A stretch of 61,472 nucleotides of DNA, filler included, from Sphacelaria rigidula (lineage: Eukaryota): the NCBI GenBank assembly GCA_964200075.2. It is 11 parts of 11 records of this genome, joined end to end, with 100 filler letters (N's around TTAATTAATTAA, not from the genome) between each part and the next. Parts side by side here need not be neighbours in the genome. Positions count along the whole stretch, not along the records: positions 33,588 to 39,084 come from CAXNAA020026840.1; positions 39,185 to 44,681 come from CAXNAA020026841.1; positions 44,782 to 50,278 come from CAXNAA020026842.1; 8 more parts are not named here. One strand, 5' to 3'. Positions 34,369-47,335 of the stretch are shown here, piece by piece. A program made the translations under genes and the position numbers. A model generated the notes under the pieces. The model was not told where the DNA came from. It worked only from the letters and a program-made list of their open reading frames with translations, and ran no database searches. How positions within the stretch are numbered: the first letter of the stretch is position 1; every line of letters begins with the position of its first letter.

Positions 34369-37300
34369 TACGGAGAGAGAGCCCTACGACCAAGACTCGA
34401 TAAAGGCTGCGGGAACACTACGGTAATCTCAACCGATCCCGTCGCACAAAAACAACGTTGTCATTGCTTGGCTTTGGCGTAGATTGCTCAATTTCGATTT
34501 TTTAACGAGAGGAGGGGAGGTTGCCCGACAACACCACCACAGGAGCGCCTTTCGGGCGGTTTTTGGCGTAGATGGGCCGCCCCGTGCTGGCCGGGTTGTT
34601 TCCATCGACCTTGCAGCTTTCGGTGAGTAGAGTGTTTTTACGCGAGTTATATTACGCGAGTTTTTTTGTCCCCTTCATCATTAGATGTTACGAGACTATT
34701 CTGAAAGGATGCAGCGTCTCCCGCCGTGCCCAGCGTCAACCGCCATGTACGGCATAATGTTGGAAAATCAAGTCCCGACATACGATATTCTTTTTTTTTA
34801 GCATAACCTGGTGTCCGTCGTCGGAAGTGTGGGGGCGTGAGTAGCGAAGGAAAAAATGTATGACGAGAGTCGATGCGGTACGGTGCAGGAGTGTTGATAG
34901 TCATAATCCAATCCTCGGTATGAAAAGTTCAGGCAGTAATGGTATCGGGGGAAAGATGGGTTGATGAAATGGACTCGTAGATGGGCATTGGAACATGACG
35001 GGAGAAAACACGAGGATGCTGAAATTTGAATTTTCGAGGGAATGACAGTTCAGGGAGCTCGCTAGCATGTGTAGGACGCGTTTTGCCCAAAGTTGTCGCC
35101 TCCGTAGATTTAAGCCCTATCAATCCTAGCCTTACATGAGGCAACTTCCACAGAGGCAACTACCTAGGACATCGCCTGCAGTCCTGCTCGATCGTTCGCG
35201 ACAGGCCCTGGGTTGGGGAGTTCGGGGTTAGAGTCACTACGGTCACGGTTTTTATTCAAAAGGGCGTGTGTTGAATATGACCTTTGGGCGAACTGGGTGG
35301 AAACCGACCTTCTTGCGTTGGAAATAGAGGTAATTCATTGCAGGGGGATACGATTAGACACTTTTCTTATGGAAGCAGAAGTTTCTTCGATCAAGAGTGC
35401 CTGCATACTTTGGCCTTCAGCGGAGGTTTTGATTATACAGCAGCCAGGTGGGCAGTGTCCCCCGGGAAAAAATTGCCCGCCTGCAAAAAAGATTCTGGCA
35501 GACTTGGGTGTATTTTGGTGTCCACAGTCTGACTCCACACATCGGCGAAAAAGTACCAAACCTCCCTTTCCATCCTTTACAGCATGCCTTTCTCTTGGAG
35601 AGGGGGGGGGGGCGTACTCATTTGTTGCTTGGCTTAGTCGTTTGACCATTGACCAATCAGTTTCTCGTGGAAGGGTGGGGGTCATGAGCTTGATTTTGCT
35701 CCGACCCCTTGACAAGCTGCGCGCATTCCGAGTCGCTCAAGTACGCTGGAATCCCCTCGGTAGACAGTCGAGCCTGGTCATTTTCGAGGTGGCCGTATCC
35801 ACATGGTCACCTTTTCACACAGTAAAGCGCTGCCGAACGGCCGGAATAGAGCGTTTTGGCGTGAACCCTTCTTGGGTTTCGAGAATAAGTGGTTTAGGAG
35901 GGGTTTCTACGCAAAGAAACAAGCACCCTAAGAACTGAATCGGTGACACGTTCGTTTCACCCTGCCCAGGCCAACAAAAAAGGGCTATCTCAACGTGCAT
36001 TCTCAACCGCACCAGTGTGCTCTGGTAGTATCTTCAAAACGTTACGAATATTGAGGTAAAAAAACGCCTTCCAACTCTGGCATCCAAACTCCAGAAACAC
36101 TTCGTTGTGTAGTTGTTTGTCCACGACAGGGGTAGCGGTGCGCGAGTCTCCGGCAACACAAACAGTCAACAGAGCGCCCACGTCATGTTCCGGCTCAGCG
36201 GCCGGATCAAGATAACGAGGAAACCTTGTCCACGATGCCGTTCGGAGGGGCGGGTAAACAGAGCATGGGCCCACGGTAAGTGTAAAAAATGGCATACCCA
36301 TCGACTGTACTTTTGCAAATCACGCAAGAAATGCGTTACTGGGGAGTTGCTAAATCGCGAAGACACCAATAACGCAAACTTAAATCCAACTTCGTTTCGG
36401 GAAGGACGGACAGTGTCGCCGCTTTTCACCTCCACGAGGACACACCACAACCAACATGCGATGAACGATAATTCACGCAATTAATCCGACGACGGGTCAT
36501 GATCTACCGTTCACCAAGGCCTCCACCCGAGCAACTAACTCATCCACAGCCTACACCCCGCCACCTCGTTGGCTCGACGTACTCGCCAAGCGAGTCGGCT
36601 GTCGTGTGCACATGTGCGTCCAATATAGCTTCTAAAATTCGTTGTTGTTTTTTCTGCTCTTGTTCAAAAAGGCAACTTTTTGAACGAGTTTATTGATTAT
36701 CTTGTAGATACTGACTCACACATCAATCCGATGAGTTTCGACGAGTTTCCTCGGCGTTGCTAAACCCAAGCTGCATTTTTTTTATCCACTTGGCTGAAGA
36801 AAGAAATGAGACCAGTTCTTACGTGGGCCGTTCAAGATTGAAATCTACCAACATATCCTACGCGGGATTTTCTGATTTACAATACACAATTGTGGGAAAC
36901 TTGTATTCTCCCAATAAATAGTACTTCGAAGTATCGATTTGTCTCGAATGTTGATGCGTGGAAAATCAAGGTAAATCAACAGCAGTCTCCGAAGCTTTTG
37001 TCTCATTCATTGAAAAATATGCATACATGAAGAAGGCAAATCTGAGGGAGAAATCGATGGGGTTTTCGAAACCTTGATGGGAAAAAAAAATCCTTCTCAT
37101 CTCTCAACACAGAACGTTCGCGCAAGAAACAAAACAAAAACAAAAGTAAAACAAAAGGAAAAAAGCAATACAAAAGCAAGCAGCTGCGCAGGTTCGACCG
37201 ATTGAGCCCGTACCCTTTGGAAATCCGAAACTCATTCCCTGCGCGAACCCGAAGCTCATGACCACACCACACTGGGAGAATACTACATCATGAAATACGC

Positions 37301-39211
37301 GCAGGAAAAACGTGCTGACCTGATGCCGCTGTGCGGTGACGTTGCACATACGATTTCTCAAGAGTCGGAACGTAACGTGTACTGATTCCCCCGCCACAGC
37401 AAAAAATACCAGTAGCACAAAGGCCGGTACCGGCGGAAATACGGCATGTTTTTTTTTCACGCCCGTCCACTTCAAAACGCCTATTATACGTTATATTGTA
37501 CACTATATAAGTTGGAGTGCTACGCGAGTGACACACACACACACATACACACGCACGCACCGACAAAAAGTCGCGCTTTCTCTGCCGCGTTACCCGTCGG
37601 ACATTTTGCTATCCAGGATTGGACCAGCACCTCTGCACCCTGTCCACTCTCGTTACGAAATGTTCTCTCCACTCACGTCCGCACGCTTCCAATGACGAAA
37701 ACCAGGTTCTGCTTAGAATCACCCCATGTTTCGGGATTCGGACCCCCGACCCCCCCCCCCGCAGCTGGCGTTGGCATAACCAGTTGGACCACCAGGCCGC
37801 GTGTATATGTCTACACATATGCATAATATACGGTGCCTTCCCGGTAGGCTTCGATGGTTTGTCGAGAACAATACGCCTATGAACCAGAGATTGCGTAGAC
37901 TGTTCCGCCCGCGACTACAACGCGAACACATTCTGGTTCACGACCACGAGCAACGAACCGAACGCATACGACCACACAAGCGCGCGCGCTCGCTCGCTTC
38001 CGTATGCATCAGCCCCGGCCTCCAGAAAAAAGCAAAGACAGTAAAACTCTTAGCCTCCATATCCTACCCATTTTCTCTTCTTGTCGCAGTGTTCCACCTC
38101 TCCCCTTCCTCGCACGAGTCCGTAATCTCAACGGTACGAGCAGTGCATTGATCACCCGACACATACACCCCTAACCCCTAACTCACATTGGGGTTTCGCA
38201 GATTGTATCAGCCCTGCCGCACCACCCAAACTCTCGTCAAATCAGAAATAGATTTTCCTCTTGCTACAAACTACTTCACGTCCTCACCTGTTCAACGAAC
38301 GGAAACCAAACAACATTGCCCGGAAAAAATTGAAAAAAAAAAAATGAAGCCCCATCTGCCAGGTTTTCAAGTAACCCCTTCGATCGTCCGCCCTTATTGG
38401 CTTCACTTGTATCAGCCCAACCACCGGGGCGAGAAGGTCCTTACACACCTTCAAAACGCCAGAACCATTAATCCAGAACCGATAGACTGGACACGCCCCC
38501 CAGACCCTCCCCAGGCAACTCCGAACCCCCGACCCACACTCCATCCCTTCGAGTCCACGCACGAACGACGGTCTCTCCTGCAGCAAACAGCCACTGCCCT
38601 CCGGCGCCCCCGCCGGCCAGACAGTTGACGCTATTCAGCATGGTTGCGCCCGCGGCTTCCCCTTCCCACTTCCCGGACATGGCTTTCCCAGATCCGCTCC
38701 GCTCAAAACGCCGCTCGCTAGAACCCAGGGACGACAGTCCATCGTCCATGGGTCCATACTGGTCTTCAGGCGCTGTGCTGCCTCGCAATGTTGCCACCGG
38801 GGTTTTCCAGTTCCTGGGGTCCCACACGAATAGGTACCCGCCGCCCCCGCCGGAGGCAACCCATCGGGGGGACTGGCCCGCCTGTGTTCCGGGGTCTATC
38901 GCGACTCCATTGACCGTGCTTGCGTGCCCTTCGAGTGTTGCGATTGATCTTCGGCTTTGGGGTGACCATATAATTACCTGGGCATGGTAGGGGGGAGTGG
39001 GGGGGGGGGGGGGGGTTTCTTTTTTTTGGTTTCTTTGTGCTTTTGACCGTGAACCACCAACCCTTTTGAAGAGGGAGAGGGGGGNNNNNNNNNNNNNNNN
39101 NNNNNNNNNNNNNNNNNNNNNNNNNNNNTTAATTAATTAANNNNNNNNNNNNNNNNNNNNNNNNNNNNNNNNNNNNNNNNNNNNGAATGTCTTCTGCCCC
39201 TGATACTAAAC

Positions 39212-39488
39212 GGCCGATTATACGGCCAATAGTTAGAGTTGGACCCTGAAATTTGGTATGGACAATGAGTAGGGCATGATAAAAAAATGACTGGGGTACA
39301 CAAGTTTTTTTTTTCTTTTTCATGAGTTAAGGGCAATAATCAATTTTCTAATATCGGCACAATGCCTCTAACTCATGAAAAGAAAAAATAACCCCTTGTG
39401 TACGCCAGTAATTTTTTTTATTGTGTCCTAAACACTGTCCATACCAAATTTCAGGGTCCAACCCCAAGTATTGACCGTATAATCGGCC
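39212..39488. mobile_element. Fold-back MITE
   Basis: ggccgattatacgg..gttggaccctgaaatttggtatggaca..ttttcatgagtta is mirrored by taactcatgaaaa..tgtccataccaaatttcagggtccaac..ccgtataatcggcc. Confidence 0.9.
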
Positions 39489-39629
39489 TGCAAACTGCAG
39501 AATCGCTTCTCGGCTGGCCCATCTCGTAGCTTAACTCGAGAACAGAAGGGCAGCAGGGGTAACACGAAATAGTTGACGAATTTATAACCTACGGGAGAGA
39601 GATAACGAGTTACCCTGACGGTTATGTTG

Positions 39630-41065
39630 CAAAATTAGATCTGGGGAAACGAGTACACGCTCAAGATGTGAAGAGGAGGAATGAGTAATAGTGAACGTTT
39701 TCAACAAAGGAGACAAGGCTGAACTACGAGTAGGCAACTGTAGAGAGATGACGCTGCGAAGCACCGTAGGCAGGCCGTTTTTGTAGGATTCTGAGCGGTA
39801 GAATGGAAACTACGCTGGGAACATAAGAAGCCTGATGTGGGGGGGGGGGGAAATTAGATCAGACGAAGTAGATGACAGAATGTGCGACAAGTGCTATGAT
39901 GCTAGATAAGGAAAAATCGAATTATTTCACACCCTGGACAATATATGGTCAATAGATGCAATATACGAGAAGTGTACTGCATAAAGTGTAGGCCTGTTGC
40001 AACTATTGCCGGCCGACAATAGTCTCAATAGACCTATACTTCATGAAGTATGTTTCTTGTCTACTGCAACTACGAGTATTGACCATATATTGTCCAAGGT
40101 GTGAAATATTTCGATGTTTGACAAGGAGTTGCACGCGACTGTACCTCATCACCCACTTGATCAAAGGTATTTGTTGATGACATGATGGCAGTACAAGAGG
40201 CAACGCAAGCAGTCAAGGTGGGAGAAGATACGGAGTCGTTGTTGATGTTCACGGATGGTTTTTTGGGGATAGCAGAAACAGAAGGATTGCAGGAACAAAT
40301 AGAGAAGGCACTACGGTAGAATATACCAGGAAATGGAGGGCGACAGCGAACGCAAACAAATGCGCGGTACTAGTCTGTAGCGGAGATAAGGAGAAGCCAT
40401 TGGACTTGAAATGGAAGTGAAGAGAGGAATTGTCGACCGTCGACCAATATACATAGCTTGGCGTATGGATATTAAAAAAAAAACTGTTCTTGGGACGCAC
40501 ACTTGGATGAAGCAATAGGGGAGAGCACAGCGCAGATATAGGCAAGATGGACCCAAGAGACTCGCACCTCGACACGAGGCTTATGAGGTGTTTCCTGATG
40601 AATGCAATTATAATAACGCTAGAATATGCAGGAAAAGTATGGGAAAGCAAAGGCGAAATCGGTGAAGGAATTGGAAACAATGAAAATGACAGCAGCTTCG
40701 AAAATACTTGGATGTTCAAAAACGACGAGTGATACGATATTGAGAGCAGAAGTGAGAACGAATGTATACCGCACTTCAAGGAGAGGCATGAGAAATTTGA
40801 AGTTGAAATATAATGGAAGGAAGATGCCGAGGAAGATATTGCCAGCCATATTGGTTGGGACTGTATGGAAGAAAGAGATTGAAGAGCAAAAGCTGAAATG
40901 AGGTGGGATAGCGTAGTCGAGAATGTGTGGAAGGATGTAGGAAGACATCAAGAAGATACGATTCTCGTAGGTGAGTGTGAGGAGTAAGAGGAAAGTAAGA
41001 GACATGATGGAATCAAGACCGAGATCAGCGCTAAGGGTCAAAACATATTTGCACGGCCCAATGGC
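39630..41065 (+). pseudogene. Non-LTR retrotransposon (LINE) ORF2 reverse transcriptase remnant
   Basis: Read across stops and frameshifts: VNVFNKGDK..GNCREMTLRSTVGR (compare FKKGD..NYRGITLL), QGVARDCTSSP (compare QG..LSP), LMFTDGF (compare FADD), EYTRKWRATAN..KC, DQYT*LGV, LEYAGKVWE, KILGCSKTTS..LRAE. Confidence 0.85.
39928..40103. mobile_element. MITE of the CACACC(C/T)TGGACAATA family nested in the LINE remnant
   Basis: TIRs cacaccctggacaatatatggtcaata and tattgaccatatattgtccaaggtgtg. Flanks aattattt and aaatattt (8 bp, 1 mismatch). Confidence 0.9.
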
Positions 41066-41183
41066 TTTTGTTTTCTCGACTGGGTATGATTCATTGATTC
41101 ATGGATTGCACGGTCCGGACGAATCATTGCCGATTCGAATCACCAAATCCACGATTTCTTAGGCCTGACTGATCGGAAGAGAG

Positions 41184-42459
41184 AAAAAAGTCGACCGCTG
41201 GTCAAACAGGTCTCCACGCAACTTTTGCGCCATTCCACGTGCCTGGTCTTCGCGTTCCTGGTTTGCAACGCTGAAAACAAAGCGTAAGGATTGATTCGTA
41301 CCGTACGAATCAATTACACGAAAATCAAGTAATTTCCGGACAACTCAATAATTCGTCTGACCCTCGATTGATTGTCGCACTTTTTGCAAACCCAAGACCT
41401 TTTCCACTGAAGCCATATTGCCGAGGCCTGCTATTTTTTAGCTGCTCCGTCTCGAAAATGATGCGAGATCTATGGTCAAATTACCAAGGCAGGCAATAAA
41501 TGAGTACACCGTCCCCTGTTGAACGAAGTGATCAATGGTCAAAACGACTGAGGCAAGCAACGAATGGAGTACTGCCCCGCCCCCCTGGTAAGACGGAACT
41601 ACCGCTCCTCCGCGCCCGCCTGGCTCGCCCCCGCAGCCAGCTGTCAGTCNNNNNNNNATCAATGGTCAAAACGACTGAGGCAAGCAACGAATGGAGTACT
41701 GCCCCCCCCCCCTGGTAAATAGCACTTCCCCCCCCCCCCCTCGCCGTACGCCCCCCTGAGAAAACCTGTCCTGTTTTTGGCGCCATGACGGTACCTACCG
41801 TACTCTTTTGGGGTGCGGACCATATCGGGAGTGATGGGGTTTGAAGTGAGTCGAAAAAAAAGAGAAAGAAAAGAAGAGGATTACCCGAAGTACTGACTCT
41901 ATCGTTAACCAACCGCCTTTGTGGTCCTTGTCCAGGCTCAAGTGGAGGCGACGAAAAGTGTGATCGTTCTGAAGGAGGGGAAGCGAAGACTGGAGGCAGG
42001 GTTGGATGAGGTGGTGAGCTCGTATCGAGATGACGAGACCGTTACCATGGCGAAACAAAGGGGAGAGAGGCTGCTCAAGGCCCTCGCGGATGAAGATTCT
42101 CCCGCGGTAACCAAGGGAATCAAGCTGCTCAGGGGTGCTCAACAACGGGTGAGGGAGGCGGAGACAGACGCCAAGTCACGTTTGAAGGGTCGGACGAACA
42201 TCGTTGGTTTGAATCGCCAAAGCTACGATTTCTTGAGCCTGATTGCTTGCTCGACGCAGTGAAAATAAAAAAAAGTTGGCCGCGGGTCAAGAACATCTCT
42301 GCGCGGCTATTTTGCGCTATTCCACATGCCTACTTGGGGTGCGCGTGCGTACATGAGATGCGATGCGGAAAACGAACCCTAGGAATTGATTTGTACGGTA
42401 CGAATCACTTACACTAAGTTCAATTAATTTGCTTCAGACGAATCATTATTCGTCCGACA
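41184..42459 (+). repeat. Diverged ~180-bp direct repeats (41184-41362 and 42268-42459) bracketing an exon
   Basis: aaaaaagt..ccgc..gtcaa..ttttgcgc.attccac.tgcc..attgatt.gtac.gtacgaatca.ttacac..taattt..attcgtc.gac is present in both. Confidence 0.75.
41936..42188 (+). CDS. Isolated internal exon of an unknown helical protein
   Basis: Acceptor ccttgtccag at 41935 and open frame AQVEATKSVIVLKEGKRRLEAGLDEVVSSYRDDETVTMAKQRGERLLKALADEDSPAVTKGIKLLRGAQQR with coding-like composition. The donor is either gtgagg (42149) or gtcgga (42189). Confidence 0.55.
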
Positions 42460-42762
42460 CGTAATACGTTTTGAAACAGGCGATACGAAGGGGAGAATAT
42501 ACATATGATAAAAGGAAAGAAAAAAGGACAATTCATTTTTGCTAGCATGGAGACTTATTGAGAACGAAGCACAGGCACACACACACACACACACTCGCCA
42601 GCCCCCCGCTAACATTAATATAAGCATCGAAAGTAAAAATCTGAAACTAATGAAGTCAGTTCCCACTTTTTTTTTCTTTCTTAGTTCACAACTTTTGTCC
42701 AGTCATGTTGCTCTTCTGACCAGCGATGAACGTTAAATCGTTCCTCGTCCAGTCCCTTGACA

Positions 42763-42805
42763 TGACGGAATTAGAACCCCAGCCTCCCGTGTGACGGAGC
42801 CCCTT
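42763..42805 (-). mobile_element. Degenerate tRNA(Asp)-like fragment (SINE head or pseudo-tRNA)
   Basis: The minus strand ccgtcacacgggaggctggggttctaattccgtc resembles the anticodon (GTC) through T-arm of eukaryotic tRNA-Asp. The 5' half is missing. Confidence 0.3.
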
Positions 42806-43649
42806 TTACTTTTTGTAACTTCACGGAGCTATGCGTCCAACATGCACACGAATGTCCGTGGTGCTCATGGTGGGGGGCTCTTCCGCGGTAATCCTGGTCA
42901 TGGTCTCTTCGGACTTAAATAGAGGAAAAAAGCATATTGCGAGCGTGACGCACGTTGTACCGATGCGGTCATATGGTCAGGTACTACGGCATTCGTATGT
43001 ACCAGGCCAAAACAGTAGATACCACCTGTCTGATCATGTCTGGAAGGGGAGATACGTTCATTGATTCCCGGGTAGGTAACTCTTGATGGTTCATTATCGT
43101 TATATTCCAAGCATCTTGAACTTTGTCATGGTCCAAACGCATCGTCATTCGCATGCTATAGGCGAAAACGTTGGACATTGCCCCCTGAACTCAGGCTAGA
43201 AATCACCCCCGGGGACGACGTTTTTCTTGTCCCCTGCGCCACCGGACACCCTCCGCTCAAATGCAATATATTCCCAATCGAGGGAATTGCGTTCTGTGGT
43301 GGCGGGAGATTTTCTGATCACCCTACTGAATTCAATTGAATCGAATCAACATGCGTCGTCATCTGTTTGAGGTGACGAATGCTGAAGAGAACCCGAAAGA
43401 CTCATTGCTTGGAATGTGCCTTTACCGGTAGAGGTGAACACCGAAGCGATTGACAATTAACACGCTGAGGGCTTGATATGCCGACGCATTAGCATATGTG
43501 CAGAACGGCGGCCTGAGCAGCCGATCAGTCTCTGACGGAGTGTAGGCAAGGGAACGGCTGACCGACCGGAGTACTGAACTGTAAAGTAGTGGGCAGTCCA
43601 ACTATTCAGGGGGGTTTGGGGATTTTCCTCGCGTACTGCTCTTCGATAG

Positions 43650-44137
43650 AACTCGAAATTGCTAGCTTCGGTAGATTTTGGTACGATAAGCAGACCATCC
43701 TCGAAACACAGTGCCCAAGTCAGTGTTAGTTGGTGTTATCCCGCGATACGAGTAAATACCCCCGTTTATCAGGAGGGTGTTATTGACCGTGAAACACAGT
43801 TTTTCGGCTCTAGTGCAATTAATAGGTGGAATTTCAATAAAGTAAAACTGTACATTTCTTCACAAATATGATCGAAAAAGGCTCGATCGACCGAAAATAC
43901 CGAAGAGTAAGAATCTGGGTTGAAACGTGGCAGGACCCCCGATGACCGGTCAGCCCGTGCGTCGCTCAATATTGAGTACAGACATTTTTTTTTCTTGGAA
44001 TGTGGAGCGGATACAAATATCTTCAAATCCTCAATGCGACAAGCGGTGGCAAGCGAAAAGAGCCAAAAACAAATCACCAATTACGAAAAAATCACGAAAT
44101 GCCACTAAGGAAGTAGTAAGACCGCCCACTACTGTAG
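43650..44137 (+). repeat. Longer copy of the dispersed repeat also at 28230-28592
   Basis: Colinear homology. It ends in a short hairpin agtagt..actact followed by gtag|t. Confidence 0.85.
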
Positions 44138-45563
44138 TGCTGTGAGGATAAAACGGCTGCACGACCGGAGTTTTGTATTATATACTCTCAATATGAGGAT
44201 GCGCATCGCACTAGTGTATCAACGCCGCCCGCGGAAATGCCGCATACATTTTCATCGGCGCACTCATCATACCATCTTTATGCTGGGGCACGGGTCGCGG
44301 CGACGACATTATCCGCCCACATACTCTGCAAATGCGGCTGTATTTTCGCCACTGATGCCGGGTTCTATTCACCGGACTGTTCAACAGCTCCGGCCAGGAC
44401 CCGACTTCACTAACGATATTTAACCACCATTGTACGTCTTTCAAATTTTGGAATTCCAATCCTTTGACTTCAAGCCTCGCTTCGTAACAGGTCGTCGGCT
44501 GACAGTCTAGGGACATCCAGGGGTTTCCAGCGGGGTGAGGGATGTTAAGGTGGTCCCTCGTTGAAAAAAACAGCTGTTCTTACCCCCCCCCCCCCCCCCC
44601 CCCCCCGGTCCCCATGCGGATTCCCGCTGGACGGCGGCCGGGGCCGGCGCCTGCGGGGTGTTTTTTGTTTTTTTTTTTTTTNNNNNNNNNNNNNNNNNNN
44701 NNNNNNNNNNNNNNNNNNNNNNNNNTTAATTAATTAANNNNNNNNNNNNNNNNNNNNNNNNNNNNNNNNNNNNNNNNNNNNACCCTCCCCACGCCGTACC
44801 GACAAGACCGGTCATGGCCTTCGTCGGAGGACGGGGAACGGAGGATAATATATGAACTGAAAAGCCATGCCCACGGAGCAACAAATACCCTTGCACAAGT
44901 CGAGTCGTTCATCCGACAAAAGCTGTGGAATAATGGCAGCCGATAAATCAAGTTCCGCAAAACGTGACGAGGTTGTGGACCAACACCCGCCCAGCCCACA
45001 TTACACACCCGGTGACTAATTGTACTCCACTCGTCTGTGTAAGGGCCGTCCCCGTTTAAGTTCATCAATACATATGGCTATTTTGGCCCAATTTCGATCC
45101 GCATCCCCTCCCAAAAATGGTTCAGCTTGCTGGTTTCAGTTACCGGCGTCGGGCTACAAATGTTTATGGTTGATATTACTTGATTTGAGTCCTTCAGGGA
45201 ATGTATGTACCGCCCTTGCCCGTGTGTTCTCGGTGTGCGTCGGGTTGGTTCAAACCAATCAGTCTCCTTCCATGCCAGGGTATCGCAGGCACGGACGAAA
45301 GGCGACGCCGTGGCATGTAATATATGAGGTACAACGGAAATAACGGTACTTGTAGGGTTCTGATTTTAGATGGCAGTGCACTTCTTTTCGATATGAATTT
45401 TGCATCCATGCCGTTCTCGTCCGATGACGTAAGGCGCATTTTACTCCACAAGCCTGGATAAGCCCCAGAAGTCGGTCTGTTCGTGTCTGTTCGTGCTTTT
45501 GGTCGGGGACACTTTTTTTGGCCATTTTGGGGGGTCAGGCGCGCCCATAACTGTCGCACGTCG

Positions 45564-45588
45564 AAACGCGGACCGCCTCCCGCACGAG

Positions 45589-45623
<35 letters not shown>

Positions 45624-45741
45624 TCTTTGTTGGCAGTAAATGTTTACGGCTACGGGTGGGTCTAAATCAGCCGGTGCCGATACTGCTGCTGCTGCTGCTG
45701 CTGCTGCCGTTTTTCCTCATGCGAGAGACGGTCCGCGTTTT
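45564..45741. repeat. Fold-back whose arms contain (CAG)n and (CTG)n
   Basis: aaacgcggaccgcctcccgcacgag-(gca)n-gtatc ... gatac-(tgc)n-ctcatgcgagagacggtccgcgttt. Confidence 0.9.
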
Positions 45742-46511
45742 AATCGTGCTACAACGCCCACGCACCTTACGCGTGATAGCCACCGTGCTGGAAAGCGCTG
45801 GTCCGTACCGCTGATGATTGCAACACTCCAGGCTAAGTGCTAGAAGATACAGCTGTGCGCATCTCTCTGTGCGCCTTTGATATATTTGGTTGGCATGTAT
45901 CGATGAACTAAATCTTCTAGGATTGCAGGGTATCAATTTTGGAGAAAATCAAAGTTGAACATCGAGCGTGCGGGGGTGCTATCCACCGAAACCGGAGCTA
46001 AGTCCCATGTTACACGCGCATCGGGCGAGAACCCACAACCAACAGTTGGGCAGTGAAAACCAGTGCGGCGTCATAAGCAGCCGAATAGTACGTACTTTTA
46101 TTTTTTGTGGTTCTGCACTGCACTACTCTGTACAGTGTAGGGCACCCCGGATAGCAGCTGCTGCGGTTATGTGCAGTTGTAGGTTTGATGTTTGTTTGAG
46201 GGGGGTGTTAAATATCGCCGTAAAGTTGCACCTTGAACAAAAAGGAACGGGCGCTCATGGGGTGTTCTCATACTCTCCCAGCAATCCGCGGGCTCACTCC
46301 TCAGAAGAATTTGTGGGAAGAGAAAGAGTAATCTTCGCGTGTTTACTCCAGTACCTCATTCTTTGCCGTTGCCGCCATAAAAATACGATTCGCAACCCTT
46401 CACCCCGATACTGGGACGCTGGCTCCTGAACTCTTCACTTTACTGACTGTAATCTATGTTGTTCAAAAATGGACTCTGTATACCCTCAACCCGCTTGGTA
46501 TGGAAGTGAGC

Positions 46512-46886
46512 AGATGGCAGCGGCAACTGCTGCGTGTCCAGGTGCCTTTTGGAGCAGGAAATCGCCGAAATATTCACCTGCAAACTCTGCTCCAGTGATC
46601 TGTAAGTTGACATCGCTAGAAGGACACTACCATAATCACCTCGCCGGTTGTCAGACTGTCACAGACTCTCAGGGCGTAGGATCCGCTAGCATTGCTACTG
46701 TCTGTAGGCGGGTGTCGCCCCCTTGTCAGGTACGTTTTGGAGCATGATACTAGACAAATGAAGATCACCCTTCCTTGTACGTGAGCACCAAACGCTGGGG
46801 GTTCTCACTTAGGACTTCGATTTGGAGGATCATACTAGGTAGATAGCAGCAACTGCTGTGTGTCCAGGTGCCCCTTGGAGCAGGAT
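46512..46886 (+). repeat. ~45-bp direct repeat pair (~46512-46559 and ~46841-46886)
   Basis: gcaactgctg(c/t)gtgtccaggtgcc..ttggagcagga occurs twice. Confidence 0.75.
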
Positions 46887-47079
46887 GCGTTTGTGGTCCG
46901 TTTTACGAAGTTACACCCCAAAGCACGAAATCGATAAGGGTTTGAGGCTGGAAAAATCTAGCAAGAAAACTATCGCAAGGATCCAATCGCAACAATCACG
47001 ACGCAAAAACGGAGTCGCAAAAAACCTCTTACTCGTAGATGATTGCAACACTCCAGCGAGTGATCAGAGAACAAAACAG

Positions 47080-47335
47080 TCAAGTATTACTGAGAGGGGT
47101 TACTCAATACTTGAGTGGAGTATTGGAGGTCGCACTCGATCTACTTAAAACCTGAGTAGAGTATTGGAAGTCATACTCAATCTACCCAAAATTTGAGCGG
47201 AGTATTTGAGGCCGTTCTTGATCTACTCAAAATTTGAGTGGAGTATCTAAGGTCATACTCAAGCTACATAAACTTTGAGTAGAGTATTTGTTGGAGATCA
47301 TACTCAATCCACTCAAAACTTGAGTGGAGTATCTG
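47080..47335 (+). repeat. ~39-bp tandem satellite (first block)
   Basis: Units of tactcaa..ttgagt(a/g)gagtatt..aggtc(g/a)tactc(g/a)atc. Confidence 0.9.

Noticed and set aside
38167..38182. Telomere-like ccctaa repeats
   Set aside because: Only two imperfect units, and they are internal to the contig.
41531..41720. Duplicated ~60-bp segment around an 8-N gap
   Set aside because: Identical sequence on both sides of a scaffold gap next to poly-C is most likely an unmerged overlap artefact.
43375..43410. Hammerhead-like core ctgaaga-gaaccc-gaaa
   Set aside because: No valid stem III or NUH cleavage site in register with stem I.
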